A stretch of DNA of 50,192 nt from a virus (Duplodnaviria > Caudoviricetes), in the IMG/VR virus record IMGVR_UViG_3300014613_000007, positions 1 to 50,192 of that record; one strand, 5' to 3'. The notes under the pieces are model-generated. The model did not search any database and had not been told where the DNA came from. It saw only the letters and a program-made list of their open reading frames with translations. Positions 28,820 to 37,489 of this stretch are shown here, piece by piece (within the stretch, counting starts at the first letter, position 1; every line of letters begins with the position of its first letter). A program made the position numbers and the translations under genes.

Positions 28820-29149
28820 ATTTTCCTTTTAGGCCTTCGATTCATTTACTCATTCTCTTATGGGCCCTTTTGGCTCCACGTACTGTTTTGTAAGTCCTTA
28901 TCTTCTTACCCTTATTCTTCCCGTGACAATGATATATAGTCCTTCCTTTGCGCATTAAGAGACTACCTCATGTGCCTTCTGATTTGACCCGTTGCTCGAT
29001 TGTCCCTAAAAACACGAAACTGAACATTTTTACCTCTAAAATCGATTTTATGAACTAAACCACAATCACAACAACGCATTCTATAACCCTTTTTAACAGG
29101 AGTTATCCATCTTCCAGCTATTTCTTCTTTATACTTTGACATAATCCAA

Positions 29150-30769
29150 CTACCTCATCCTCTTCGAATTCCGCTCGAAACTCTTCAAACCACGAGTCAA
29201 TATGTTGTTGTCCCAGGGAGATGAATTTACACCCAAAGACTGGTAATCATATAAACCCTCGATAGTATCGCCCATGTACTGGTGAATCCGGTACATTACA
29301 GCCATGTGCCTTAAAGCATCCATAATGTGCCTATGCCACGTCTGAGCAGGCTGATTGTGGTAAACCGGCCTTTCATTCGTACTCAATCGCATGTTCTTGG
29401 TCTTGCCATAACCACCGGCCGCAGGTAAAAACGTCTGGCATTCCAGCTCGTTAATTTCAAATAAAGACCATATATCACATACCGCCCTAATTCCACTGTC
29501 AAAATCGTGATGCTCGCAGGGCTGAACTGCATAACCAAGTTTCAGTAATGTATCCTTGAGCAGTTCTCCAGTAGCAAATGACTTGCGATTACTGCCACTC
29601 ATCGGATTAAGGTCGGGACCGGCTATATGACCCATGTATTTGTACTTCTTGGCATCCAATACATTGGCCCAGGCGGGGGCTCCGGCACCCTCGTAGTCCC
29701 AATAATCCCCTATAATCCGTATCCTGCCCTTTCTAAACTGAATGAATATCGTTGCTGTCCACCGATCGCCAAAATCACTAAAGGTATAAACCGGATATAT
29801 AGGATCGTGAGGATAATCGCCAATCCTGCCTTCCCCGCGAGCTTTAGCTAATCTGTCACCATAATATGTGCCCTCCTTGTGGGTCGGAAACAAACCTTTG
29901 ACCCTATACCTCATGCCGTCGCCATCCTCGCCGTAACGTTCGATAATGCTTTGTACCCACTCATAAGACGCCAAACCGGGTATAATACGAGCCCTGTTCT
30001 GGTAATTCGGATTATCACGGGCGTCTATCGTAATCACATACCAGCCCTCATCGCTGATATATGAATCCTTACCCTCGTTAAGCTCGTCATCGCTCGAATG
30101 ACATGCCTTGGCAAAATCGCTCTCCGGGTCGGTAGGATTACCAATGCCTACTATCTTGCAACGCTCATCGTTGATAAGACCTTCTACCGCTGTCCGCCAT
30201 ATCTGGGGCAGCATACCGCAAGCCTCATCAATCACTACCAATACCCACTCATTGTGCCAGCCTTGCATCTTGGTAGCGTGCTCGACGTTACTATCGGCCG
30301 AAGTGCTAAAGCCTATGGCGAAGTTCTTCTCCCAATTAGCCCTGTCCTCCGGGTCCATGCTATCAAGCACCGCCTGCTCCGGCTTGCAATCCCACATTAA
30401 AGACGTCATACGCCCGCCTAACGGCACCCGCGAACCAGAATGGGCTGCGTGTATCTCCCGCCATAACTGGTTTTTGACCTGATTATCGCTCGGAGCCGTG
30501 GTTACTACTGTCGAGGGCGTGAAACATGTCTTGAACCACGGCACTATCAGCCGGCCAAGTGAATAAGTCTTACTCACAAAATGACCGGCCCTAACAGCTA
30601 CCTTCTGATGATCCCTGATAGCTTCGGCCACCTCAATCATCGCCGGCCATATCCAGTCCTCGCGCATACCCAAGACATTAACGGCAAAGCCGACCGGATC
30701 GTCCCGGTACTCCAGCCGCCTGTCGTCTATCGCCTGCTCAATCTCAATGTCTAAAAGATTCGCTACCAT
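29150..30769 (-). CDS. terL: Terminase large subunit
   Basis: Walker A-like VRAGHFVSKT, TAP...Q, QG.H, Walker B VVIDEA, IGNP coupling motif, nuclease H..DA.R. Confidence 0.92.
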   Translation of the reverse strand: MVANLLDIEIEQAIDDRRLEYRDDPVGFAVNVLGMREDWIWPAMIEVAEAIRDHQKVAVRAGHFVSKTYSLGRLIVPWFKTCFTPSTVVTTAPSDNQVKNQLWREIHAAHSGSRVPLGGRMTSLMWDCKPEQAVLDSMDPEDRANWEKNFAIGFSTSADSNVEHATKMQGWHNEWVLVVIDEACGMLPQIWRTAVEGLINDERCKIVGIGNPTDPESDFAKACHSSDDELNEGKDSYISDEGWYVITIDARDNPNYQNRARIIPGLASYEWVQSIIERYGEDGDGMRYRVKGLFPTHKEGTYYGDRLAKARGEGRIGDYPHDPIYPVYTFSDFGDRWTATIFIQFRKGRIRIIGDYWDYEGAGAPAWANVLDAKKYKYMGHIAGPDLNPMSGSNRKSFATGELLKDTLLKLGYAVQPCEHHDFDSGIRAVCDIWSLFEINELECQTFLPAAGGYGKTKNMRLSTNERPVYHNQPAQTWHRHIMDALRHMAVMYRIHQYMGDTIEGLYDYQSLGVNSSPWDNNILTRGLKSFERNSKRMR

Positions 30770-30787
30770 TACGAGATTACCTCAAAT

Positions 30788-31072
30788 TCATTTGGGTTTA
30801 CGAGCACCCACCATCGCAGCAATATCCAGCAATGTCTGAGGATGAATTTCAAGACCCGCCTCGATTGCACTCAAATCGGGCACTATCTTCTTACCTAAGG
30901 CTACTAATACATGATCGTTTACATAAGCTCTTTCAACAAAATGAGTTAAAAGCTTTTTCTTCTTGTCTTTCTCGACACATTTGATGGCTGTGCGCAGTTC
31001 CTCTACTTCCGGCTTTCGCGGTCTGCCTTTAGCATAAATCTTTCCTAATTGATTCCCTTTTTGAAATGGCAT
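30788..31072 (-). CDS. terS: Terminase small subunit (probable)
   Basis: MPFQKGN...GRP N-terminus; directly upstream of terL. Confidence 0.65.
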   Translation of the reverse strand: MPFQKGNQLGKIYAKGRPRKPEVEELRTAIKCVEKDKKKKLLTHFVERAYVNDHVLVALGKKIVPDLSAIEAGLEIHPQTLLDIAAMVGARKPK

Positions 31073-31099
31073 GATAAATTATGCTTTATAATCTCCTTT

Positions 31100-31477
31100 T
31101 TAAGCTGTTTTAGCTTGCTTTCTGTAAGCTGGACCAAATACGTTATTTATGGCATCAAAGAAGTAAATACAACCGTCTTTCGGCTGATCCGTGCAGCTTT
31201 CAGTGGTCCCATGTATACATTTCGAGCAATCAAAGCTCAAATTAGACCTTTTCATTATCTGCTGATGCTTTTTTTGCCTTTTTAGCCGTTTTTTCTCTTG
31301 TAAGGCTGAAATATAGCTTTCCTGATCTTTAGGGCTTAATCCCTTCCACCAGTTCTGTCTTTGTTTCTTAGACTGTTTTTTATACTTTGGAAATTCGGGA
31401 TTTACTTTATATTTAGCTCTAAACTGCTTATTAGTTAAGCCACTGTATAAGTCTATTTGTCTATCAGTTAAGCTCAT
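31100..31477 (-). CDS. Basic protein with C-terminal Cys cluster
   Basis: Lys-rich; CSKC...C......C. Confidence 0.6.
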   Translation of the reverse strand: MSLTDRQIDLYSGLTNKQFRAKYKVNPEFPKYKKQSKKQRQNWWKGLSPKDQESYISALQEKKRLKRQKKHQQIMKRSNLSFDCSKCIHGTTESCTDQPKDGCIYFFDAINNVFGPAYRKQAKTA

Positions 31478-32093
31478 GTTTAATCAGATGTCCTTAGAGG
31501 TCAAGAGGATTAGATAGAATGGCTTTTAGCTCTGTTGTTAAACAGGAAAAAATGCCTAACTATCAGATTTCGCAATTATATCACCGCCAACTAATTAAAT
31601 TATGTCCTCGTCGGCCTGTCGGACTATCGTTAATGGTCGGATGGACAAGTATAGCGACCAGGCTATGCTATTTAGCCGCACTTGTGCCTTTTTTAATAGC
31701 GCTCCCGATAGAGTACCGTCCGAGCTTTCTATCGGTTGTGGAGTCGTCAAGTCCCAGACGTTGCTCCCGTCTTTAGTGATACAACTGCTTATATCTTTTG
31801 CCCTGATTTGCCTACCGGAATCCCCTCGGCAAATAGCGCGTAAAAAAACCGGCAAGGCTCGGCAATTTATCACTAAAGACCGAACCCGCCGGATTACTCC
31901 ATTAAGATTATCTTTGCTTCCATGCTGCATAGTGTTAACCCATCGGCATTTTAACTATGTTTTGATTACACATTTCTATAATTCTCAATATTTTTTCACT
32001 CACCAAATGTCCGATCGCAGAATATTCCAAGAAAAATAATATTTTTATCTCGTTTGCCTATATAGACTTACAACGTTTTTCTAAGATTTCCGC

Positions 32094-32124
32094 TTGACTT
32101 TTCGGCTTGACTTGCGTATATATA
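32094..32124 (+). promoter_or_regulatory. Rightward promoter-like element TTGAC-N8-TTGAC...TATATATA
   Basis: TTGACTTTTCGGCTTGACTTGCGTATATATA; heads the only plus-strand gene block; twin of 3046-3081. Confidence 0.65.
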
Positions 32125-32160
32125 AGGTGGCAACAATAACTTTTTTGAAAGGGCACGACC

Positions 32161-32337
32161 ATGGCAAATATATCTGAATCAAGCAAAGCATTATCTTCAT
32201 GGGCCGCCAAATTCCTTTCCGAAAATTCTCCTAAACCTAAAAGACGAACAAGAAGATTATCTCTTGCCGAAGCGGAACAGGCCGCTAAAGTCGAGCGAAT
32301 TAGAAAGATGGTTTATGGCCATTACCAAAAACTGTAA
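32161..32337 (+). CDS. Small early protein (58 aa, MANISESSKALSSW...)
   Basis: Translated manually; GAAAGGG RBS after the promoter. Confidence 0.6.
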   Translation: MANISESSKALSSWAAKFLSENSPKPKRRTRRLSLAEAEQAAKVERIRKMVYGHYQKL

Positions 32338-32370
32338 ACAATGATAACCAATTTTGAGAGGACACTGACT

Positions 32371-32541
32371 ATGGAAACTGCACAAGAAATTATCGAAGCC
32401 AAAACAATTCTTTACACATCAGATGAGAATAACAGATTAACCGAAGTATTCAAAGGCGAATTTGCAGAAGCTATTGAATTACTTGAAACTCATCCCACCG
32501 AATATCTTCTTGGCTTTGAAGGATGTGAACAAATATTTTAA
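32371..32541 (+). CDS. Small acidic early protein
   Basis: METAQEII start follows GAGAGGA. Confidence 0.6.
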   Translation: METAQEIIEAKTILYTSDENNRLTEVFKGEFAEAIELLETHPTEYLLGFEGCEQIF

Positions 32542-32684
32542 GCCCGCAGGCGATGGCCGCCCTCCGACGGCCTCAGCCTATGAGCTTGGACACGACCCAA
32601 CACGAGAAACAACAGCCCCAACGCCGGGCAAATCACCTGGTCGTGTCCGCTCGGCGGCGGGGCTTTTATTGAAAGGATAGGAAA

Positions 32685-33239
32685 ATGTTAGCATTCGAAG
32701 AAACAGGCAAATATATAAGTGAAAGACATGCAGAAGCAGGAGCTGCGGGCAAATTGACTGCTGGTAATGTTGCGGCTATTCTCAACCGTAAATTCAAACC
32801 AACGCCAAAAATCAAGGCCAAAGAATTGAAAGACTTTGCCGACGAGTGGCATCACTCCGGCTTTTACAAAGGCACACGTGGCAATACTATGGGCAGGACT
32901 TATTTTTTCTCACCTTCCGTCGATTTTGAATTGCTCTATAAGAAAGTCTGCGAGTCTCGTTCATACACCACTGATGTAGCAGCAGAGCCAGATGTTGAGC
33001 GTTACTTCTTTTCTGCCGGATTTGAAAAACTCAGTCGGCGTAGCAAGTGGGAGAAAAAGTGGAGGGTGTATGCAAAATTTGAAGCTATTGTATGCAAGTC
33101 TTCAATCCAGTTCTCGAAAAAAACAGAGATAAGCAAAGAAGATTATGAACTACTAAAGGGATTTGAAAATTACGACTTGAAAGCTTACGAAACAGTTGGA
33201 GAATTCAAAAATAGAATGCTTAAAAAAGAGGTGGCATAA
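32685..33239 (+). CDS. Hypothetical early protein
   Basis: 184 aa with a conserved-looking EWHHSG motif; GAAAGGATAGGAAA leader. Confidence 0.75.
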   Translation: MLAFEETGKYISERHAEAGAAGKLTAGNVAAILNRKFKPTPKIKAKELKDFADEWHHSGFYKGTRGNTMGRTYFFSPSVDFELLYKKVCESRSYTTDVAAEPDVERYFFSAGFEKLSRRSKWEKKWRVYAKFEAIVCKSSIQFSKKTEISKEDYELLKGFENYDLKAYETVGEFKNRMLKKEVA

Positions 33240-33499
33240 TGGGATTGTCGTTTATAGACAAATGGCTTGTGGCTGAGGGATGCGACGATGAAGGTACAAA
33301 TAGTGGTCGTTGGTATATCATACATACACAATATCCGAGATTTGTAATTGAGATTTGTGACCGTGATGATGGTGGCTACGAATCGGGAGAATCGGAAGTA
33401 TTTGACGATTGCCTTGATGCAGCTATATTCACCAGATTATCGCGCGAAGCCGGAGAAATCTTCGCATCATACGATAGAGATTTGCTTGAAGAATCTTAA
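33239..33499 (+). CDS. Acidic hypothetical protein
   Basis: TAATG coupling; YIIHTQYPRF motif. Confidence 0.7.
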   Translation: MGLSFIDKWLVAEGCDDEGTNSGRWYIIHTQYPRFVIEICDRDDGGYESGESEVFDDCLDAAIFTRLSREAGEIFASYDRDLLEES

Positions 33500-33546
33500 G
33501 TTTATTCTAATTTATAAAATGAAATTTATATTGAAAGGGTAGGAAA

Positions 33547-33825
33547 ATGTTGACTGAATCTAAAATTGAAGAACTGAAAGTCGAATTTGTTGAATATCTT
33601 GAAGAAGAACAAGGTATCGTTTGCACCGAAGATGATATAGTTCGCACCGCCGATACAGTACAAGGCTTCATTGATGCCTGCCGCGAATACCAAAGCATTG
33701 ACACTGATACATTTAATGGCAGGACCGTAACAATCATCAAAGGAAGCCAACGGCACAAAGGCGAACGCCGCAAAGATTTGTATATCTTTGATGTCGAAGA
33801 ACATGTGCGTTTGGTTTTGGCATAG
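33547..33825 (+). CDS. Acidic hypothetical early protein
   Basis: GAAAGGGTAGGAAA leader. Confidence 0.75.
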   Translation: MLTESKIEELKVEFVEYLEEEQGIVCTEDDIVRTADTVQGFIDACREYQSIDTDTFNGRTVTIIKGSQRHKGERRKDLYIFDVEEHVRLVLA

Positions 33826-33885
33826 TTTTTTTTACTCTGCCCCCTTGGCTTGTAGCCGGGGCTTTTATTCGGAAAGATTAGGAAA

Positions 33886-34128
33886 ATTGCAACCAATATA
33901 GAGATCATCAAAACTGTGGAAAAAGCAATCGCAAACGCGGAAAAAACCGGCGACAACTGGGCCGATATAATAGATATTGCCCTCACTGAAATAGGCGTGG
34001 GAGTGGACGCAGAAGCCTCGAGATCAGCCGACATAAATGGATATGGCCCGATATGTGTACTGGGCGATGGTCGGGAAATCTGGCAGGCCGAAGATACAAA
34101 AGAGATAGAAATATTGCCGGTGTTATAG
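33886..34128 (+). CDS. Acidic hypothetical protein, possibly ATT-initiated
   Basis: Leader GAAAGATTAGGAAA is followed by ATT, in frame with ORF 33916-34128. Confidence 0.55.
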   Translation: MATNIEIIKTVEKAIANAEKTGDNWADIIDIALTEIGVGVDAEASRSADINGYGPICVLGDGREIWQAEDTKEIEILPVL

Positions 34129-34190
34129 TGCATCGCTCCGAGATCATCGCTCCTGCGGGGCTTTTTATTTTGAAAGGAAGGAAGTGAATT

Positions 34191-34328
34191 ATGAGATATT
34201 ATGAAGAAAAACAAGCAGAACACGAAGAAATGGCCGACTATTTGTTCTGGCTGGTGGTATTGGCTGTCTGTGCCGCGATGGTTTGGGCTGGCGTCGAAAT
34301 TGTTAAGTTCTTGCTGCCCTCCGGGTAG
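34191..34328 (+). CDS. Small membrane protein (45 aa, MRYYEEKQ...LFWLVVLAVCAAMVWAG...)
   Basis: Translated manually; GAAAGGAAGGAA leader. Confidence 0.6.
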   Translation: MRYYEEKQAEHEEMADYLFWLVVLAVCAAMVWAGVEIVKFLLPSG

Positions 34329-34384
34329 TGTCGGGCGGCGGCGTGCAGGCTGGAAATGATACTTTTACTGAAAGGGTTGGAAAA

Positions 34385-34678
34385 ATGAAACTATTTAAGG
34401 CAACTGGAAACAATACCACGCAACGTATTTATCTCAAGGGTGATAAGCAGGCCGAACAAGAGCCGGAAGAGTTTTATATACACTTTCCAGGCGGCTCAAT
34501 AGGCGTCTGCCGATGTGATGATGGTAGTTATTGGGCGCACTTATGCCGAAAAGGCAAAGCTGTTGGCTTCGATGATGCTCGTGTAGATTGCCGAGAGCTT
34601 CACACAGGCGAAATGAATATTGGAGACTTAGCAAGGCCGGACTGTTATCATGTCGCGGTCAAAGTGTGCAAAGCTTAA
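34385..34678 (+). CDS. Hypothetical early protein
   Basis: MKLFKA start follows GAAAGGGTTGGAAA; FPGG...V.R..DG.YW.H motif. Confidence 0.7.
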   Translation: MKLFKATGNNTTQRIYLKGDKQAEQEPEEFYIHFPGGSIGVCRCDDGSYWAHLCRKGKAVGFDDARVDCRELHTGEMNIGDLARPDCYHVAVKVCKA

Positions 34679-34762
34679 CCCACCTTTCCCGCTGCCCTCC
34701 GGGTTGCGAATAGGCGGCGGCGCGTAGGCTGTAAACAATAACTTTTCTCGAAAGGGTAGGAA

Positions 34763-34999
34763 ATGAGTGTTAAATTAACAAGTTTCCAAATAGACAAAAT
34801 GAAATTAGCAAAAAAAGGGTTTTGTTTCGATTCCGATCCTTCGACTTGGAATTATTCTTCGGAACGGAATGAAATGGAACGGCTCGTAAAACGAAGCTTA
34901 ATGGTGAAACTCAAAAATCATCCAGGCGATAAGCATGGATTTTATGCCTTGACCGTTAAAGGTCGAGCCGCCCTCGCTCTGGCGGCGAAAGAAGAATAG
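34763..34999 (+). CDS. Small winged-helix-like protein
   Basis: L..R.L...Y.LT.KGR wing motif; GAAAGGGTAGGAA leader. Confidence 0.6.
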   Translation: MSVKLTSFQIDKMKLAKKGFCFDSDPSTWNYSSERNEMERLVKRSLMVKLKNHPGDKHGFYALTVKGRAALALAAKEE

Positions 35000-35028
35000 C
35001 TCGCAAATATTCGAGCTACGGCCGGTAC

Positions 35029-35430
35029 TTATATCCTCTCGCTCCGAGATCGTCGCTCCTGCGGGGCCTCAATATAGTCATCGTTAAGTTGCTGAATCAA
35101 ATCCATCGTTTCTACTTCATCCACAAGAAAATCAATTGCCTCATTCTCTGAATCAAAGTCACCGAGATTGATCCACTCGCCCGTTATGCTCTGCTTGAGT
35201 ACAGAAAAGTATTCGCATTTATTATTGATGATATGCCTTTTGAGATGAACATAATTATAATTACTCGTCGATTGTGTTCGTTTACCGATCTTTGTCGGAT
35301 TCCACCATCTTGAATATTTAACTGAATATCGGTCATGTGCCAATTCCCATCTCCACGGCACAGGTAAGTGCCTCGACAATCGCGTTAATTTCATTGGCAG
35401 CCTGTCGAGTGACCTTATCAGTTGCAGCAT
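35029..35430 (-). CDS. Protein with AP2-like DNA-binding segment (start uncertain)
   Basis: TSNYNYV...G.WINLGDFDSENEA resembles AP2 domains of phage HNH endonucleases; 5' part overlaps 35333-35659. Confidence 0.4.
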   Translation of the reverse strand: MLQLIRSLDRLPMKLTRLSRHLPVPWRWELAHDRYSVKYSRWWNPTKIGKRTQSTSNYNYVHLKRHIINNKCEYFSVLKQSITGEWINLGDFDSENEAIDFLVDEVETMDLIQQLNDDYIEAPQERRSRSERI

Positions 35431-35659
35431 CGATCATTACGACCATCAGATACGTCACTTCGTCCCAGCCCATCACTAACACCGGTCCCTTCTTATTGAA
35501 GCACAGCACGCGAATATTCAATTCATTAGCCATGTCTCTCATCGACTTGAAATCGCAGTTTCTCGCAGCCGTGATACTCTTGCTGATCCGAACGTAAATA
35601 CTTGCCGGCATATCGCACAGGAATGTTAGCTGCAATCTGTCGATGACTCCGATAATCAT
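35333..35659 (-). CDS. Hypothetical protein
   Basis: 108-aa ORF starting just after the stop of 35661-35963. Confidence 0.55.
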   Translation of the reverse strand: MIIGVIDRLQLTFLCDMPASIYVRISKSITAARNCDFKSMRDMANELNIRVLCFNKKGPVLVMGWDEVTYLMVVMIDAATDKVTRQAANEINAIVEALTCAVEMGIGT

Positions 35660-35660
35660 T

Positions 35661-35963
35661 TCAAAACCTTCCCTGGTAAGTTATAAAGCTCTGTCGATTC
35701 TTATATCCGCCGCCGGTATGAAAATGCGAATACTGCCGCTCGTACTGCTCAATCAGATCCGGATGCTCTTTGAGCGTTCTATCGAAAAGTTCATCCCTGC
35801 TCTCGAACAAGGCCGTGGCGAACCGGAGAAGGGGATCGGCTATGTAATCAGGATTCCTGCTGCCATCTGCGCACAAAGAAATGCTGTGCCTATAATAAAA
35901 CATCAGAAACGCTTTGTACTGAATCCTTGTCCGAACTGATAATACAAGCCTTTGACTTTTCAT
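35661..35963 (-). CDS. Hypothetical protein
   Basis: 100-aa ORF; its 5' end is duplicated at 37172-37249. Confidence 0.55.
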   Translation of the reverse strand: MKSQRLVLSVRTRIQYKAFLMFYYRHSISLCADGSRNPDYIADPLLRFATALFESRDELFDRTLKEHPDLIEQYERQYSHFHTGGGYKNRQSFITYQGRF

Positions 35964-36055
35964 TGCTTACTCAAAAACAGCCCCGCCCATACTCTTTTAC
36001 ATTTCCTCTATAATTTGCCGATGGGTAGCTACAAGTTTATCTTTTTGGCAAATTA

Positions 36056-37027
36056 CTATACCCCTATATTGTTGCTGGAAAATCGTATTTCCCACTGTTT
36101 TAATTCCTGCGAAACAATACTTCTGGCGTCATCCTGCTTGTGCTGCAAAATAGATTTTCTAATAATATCCGTACAGAATTCTTCTATTTCTGAATAACTG
36201 CTATCTTTTAACTTTTCAGATAATGTTTGAGAACTATAGCTGAAATTACATTTGCTCTTATGGGAAATGCTGTCAATATACGACACTATTTGTTTTTTAT
36301 TTGGACGTTTTAATTCCAAACGTAATTGAAATCTACGCCATACTGCCCGATCCAAAAGTTCCGGATGATTGCTCGCAGTGATAATAACAATATATGTAGG
36401 CAATCTATCCATCTGCAACAACAACGAACTCACAACCCGTTTGATTTCCCCAGTTTCCTTCGTATCACCACGCTCTTTGCCAATCGTGTCAAATTCATCA
36501 AAAAACAGTACACAATTTCGAGTTTTTGCATAATCAAAAACTTTTTGAAGTCGAGAAGCTGTTTCACCAAGATAACTGCCAATAAGGTTCTCGTATCGGA
36601 TAACAAAGAAAGGATACATCAATTGAGTAGCAAAAGCTTCAGCAAGGCTTGTTTTTCCGTTGCCTGGAGGTCCAGCAAGTAATATTCTGTTGCGCGGTTC
36701 CAGGCCATAACTTCTCAATAGATCTGCTCGATGTTGTTCTTCAACAAGCTCTTGGCATATACTCAAGACCGTTTCATCCAGGATTAAATCCTCAAAAGTC
36801 TTCTGCGCTTCAGTTTCAAACAATAAATCTTTCGCTTCACCTTTGGCGTACATGGATAAGCCGTTCTTGTTTCCATTATTGAGAGAGGTCGCCAATCTGT
36901 CGGCTAAAATATTGTGCTTCTTTGCTCTTTCTTCGGCGATCAAACTCTCAACGGCTTTGCGAAATGAAACCATATCGCCCCGATTTGCCGACTGGACTAC
37001 AGATAGCAGTATATCCGATCTGGCCAT
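36056..37027 (-). CDS. AAA+ ATPase of the IetA-like (S8-protease-associated) type, without a partner protease
   Basis: Walker A GPPGNGKT, Walker B FFDEFD, GE.KRVV.SLL, SRH ASNHPELLDRAVWRRF; N-terminal MARSD...F....E.LIAEER.K.H..LA..L. Confidence 0.85.
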   Translation of the reverse strand: MARSDILLSVVQSANRGDMVSFRKAVESLIAEERAKKHNILADRLATSLNNGNKNGLSMYAKGEAKDLLFETEAQKTFEDLILDETVLSICQELVEEQHRADLLRSYGLEPRNRILLAGPPGNGKTSLAEAFATQLMYPFFVIRYENLIGSYLGETASRLQKVFDYAKTRNCVLFFDEFDTIGKERGDTKETGEIKRVVSSLLLQMDRLPTYIVIITASNHPELLDRAVWRRFQLRLELKRPNKKQIVSYIDSISHKSKCNFSYSSQTLSEKLKDSSYSEIEEFCTDIIRKSILQHKQDDARSIVSQELKQWEIRFSSNNIGV

Positions 37028-37171
37028 TATTCTATTCCTATTCCTTCCAAACTGCTAATACCCATATCATTATAGTGATCTTGACGGCTATTCGTCGGTT
37101 GTAGCCGAGTTCAAGGGGATTATTATACTATAAAAAAACAAGTCAGCCCACCAGATACCAGTTGATATCCC

Positions 37172-37249
37172 CGCTTTGTACTGCATCCTTGTCCGAACTG
37201 ATAATACTGGTGTTTGACGTTTCATTTCTTTCTCAAAACAGCCCCGCCC
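37172..37249. repeat. Imperfect ~78-nt direct repeat, paired with 35910-35988, flanking the ATPase
   Basis: cgctttgtactg(a/c)atccttgtccgaactgataatac...tttgac.tttcatt.ctt.ctcaaaa(a)cagccccgccc. Confidence 0.9.
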
Positions 37250-37294
37250 GCCGGAAAAAGGGAGAAGAGGACGAGCGGGGCCTAAAGCTGATAG

Positions 37295-37489
37295 TCACAT
37301 ACAATCGAGGCAAACAAATTCCTTGTTTTTGCCCTGTGCGAGCTTTGATGCCTTTACACATTCCGGGCATTTGATCATCCCGCAGACGGTGCAAACTTCA
37401 CCACACAGAAAGCAGGCCCAGAACCCGCAAGAGCACTTGAACTTGCTTGCAAACTTACCGCATTGTGGACATTTGTCCGGCATAATCAA
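37295..37489 (-). CDS. Small multi-CxxC zinc-binding protein
   Basis: Multiple CxxC pairs in 64 aa. Confidence 0.6.
   Translation of the reverse strand: MIMPDKCPQCGKFASKFKCSCGFWACFLCGEVCTVCGMIKCPECVKASKLAQGKNKEFVCLDCM

Noticed and set aside
31519-32039. ORFs 31519-31776 (+), 31595-31930 (-) and 31602-32039 (+)
   Set aside because: They overlap each other in the divergent control region with no clear RBS or motif; 31595-31930 may be real but I cannot support it
33507-34223. 238-aa minus-strand ORF
   Set aside because: It is antisense to plus-strand genes that have strong conserved leaders
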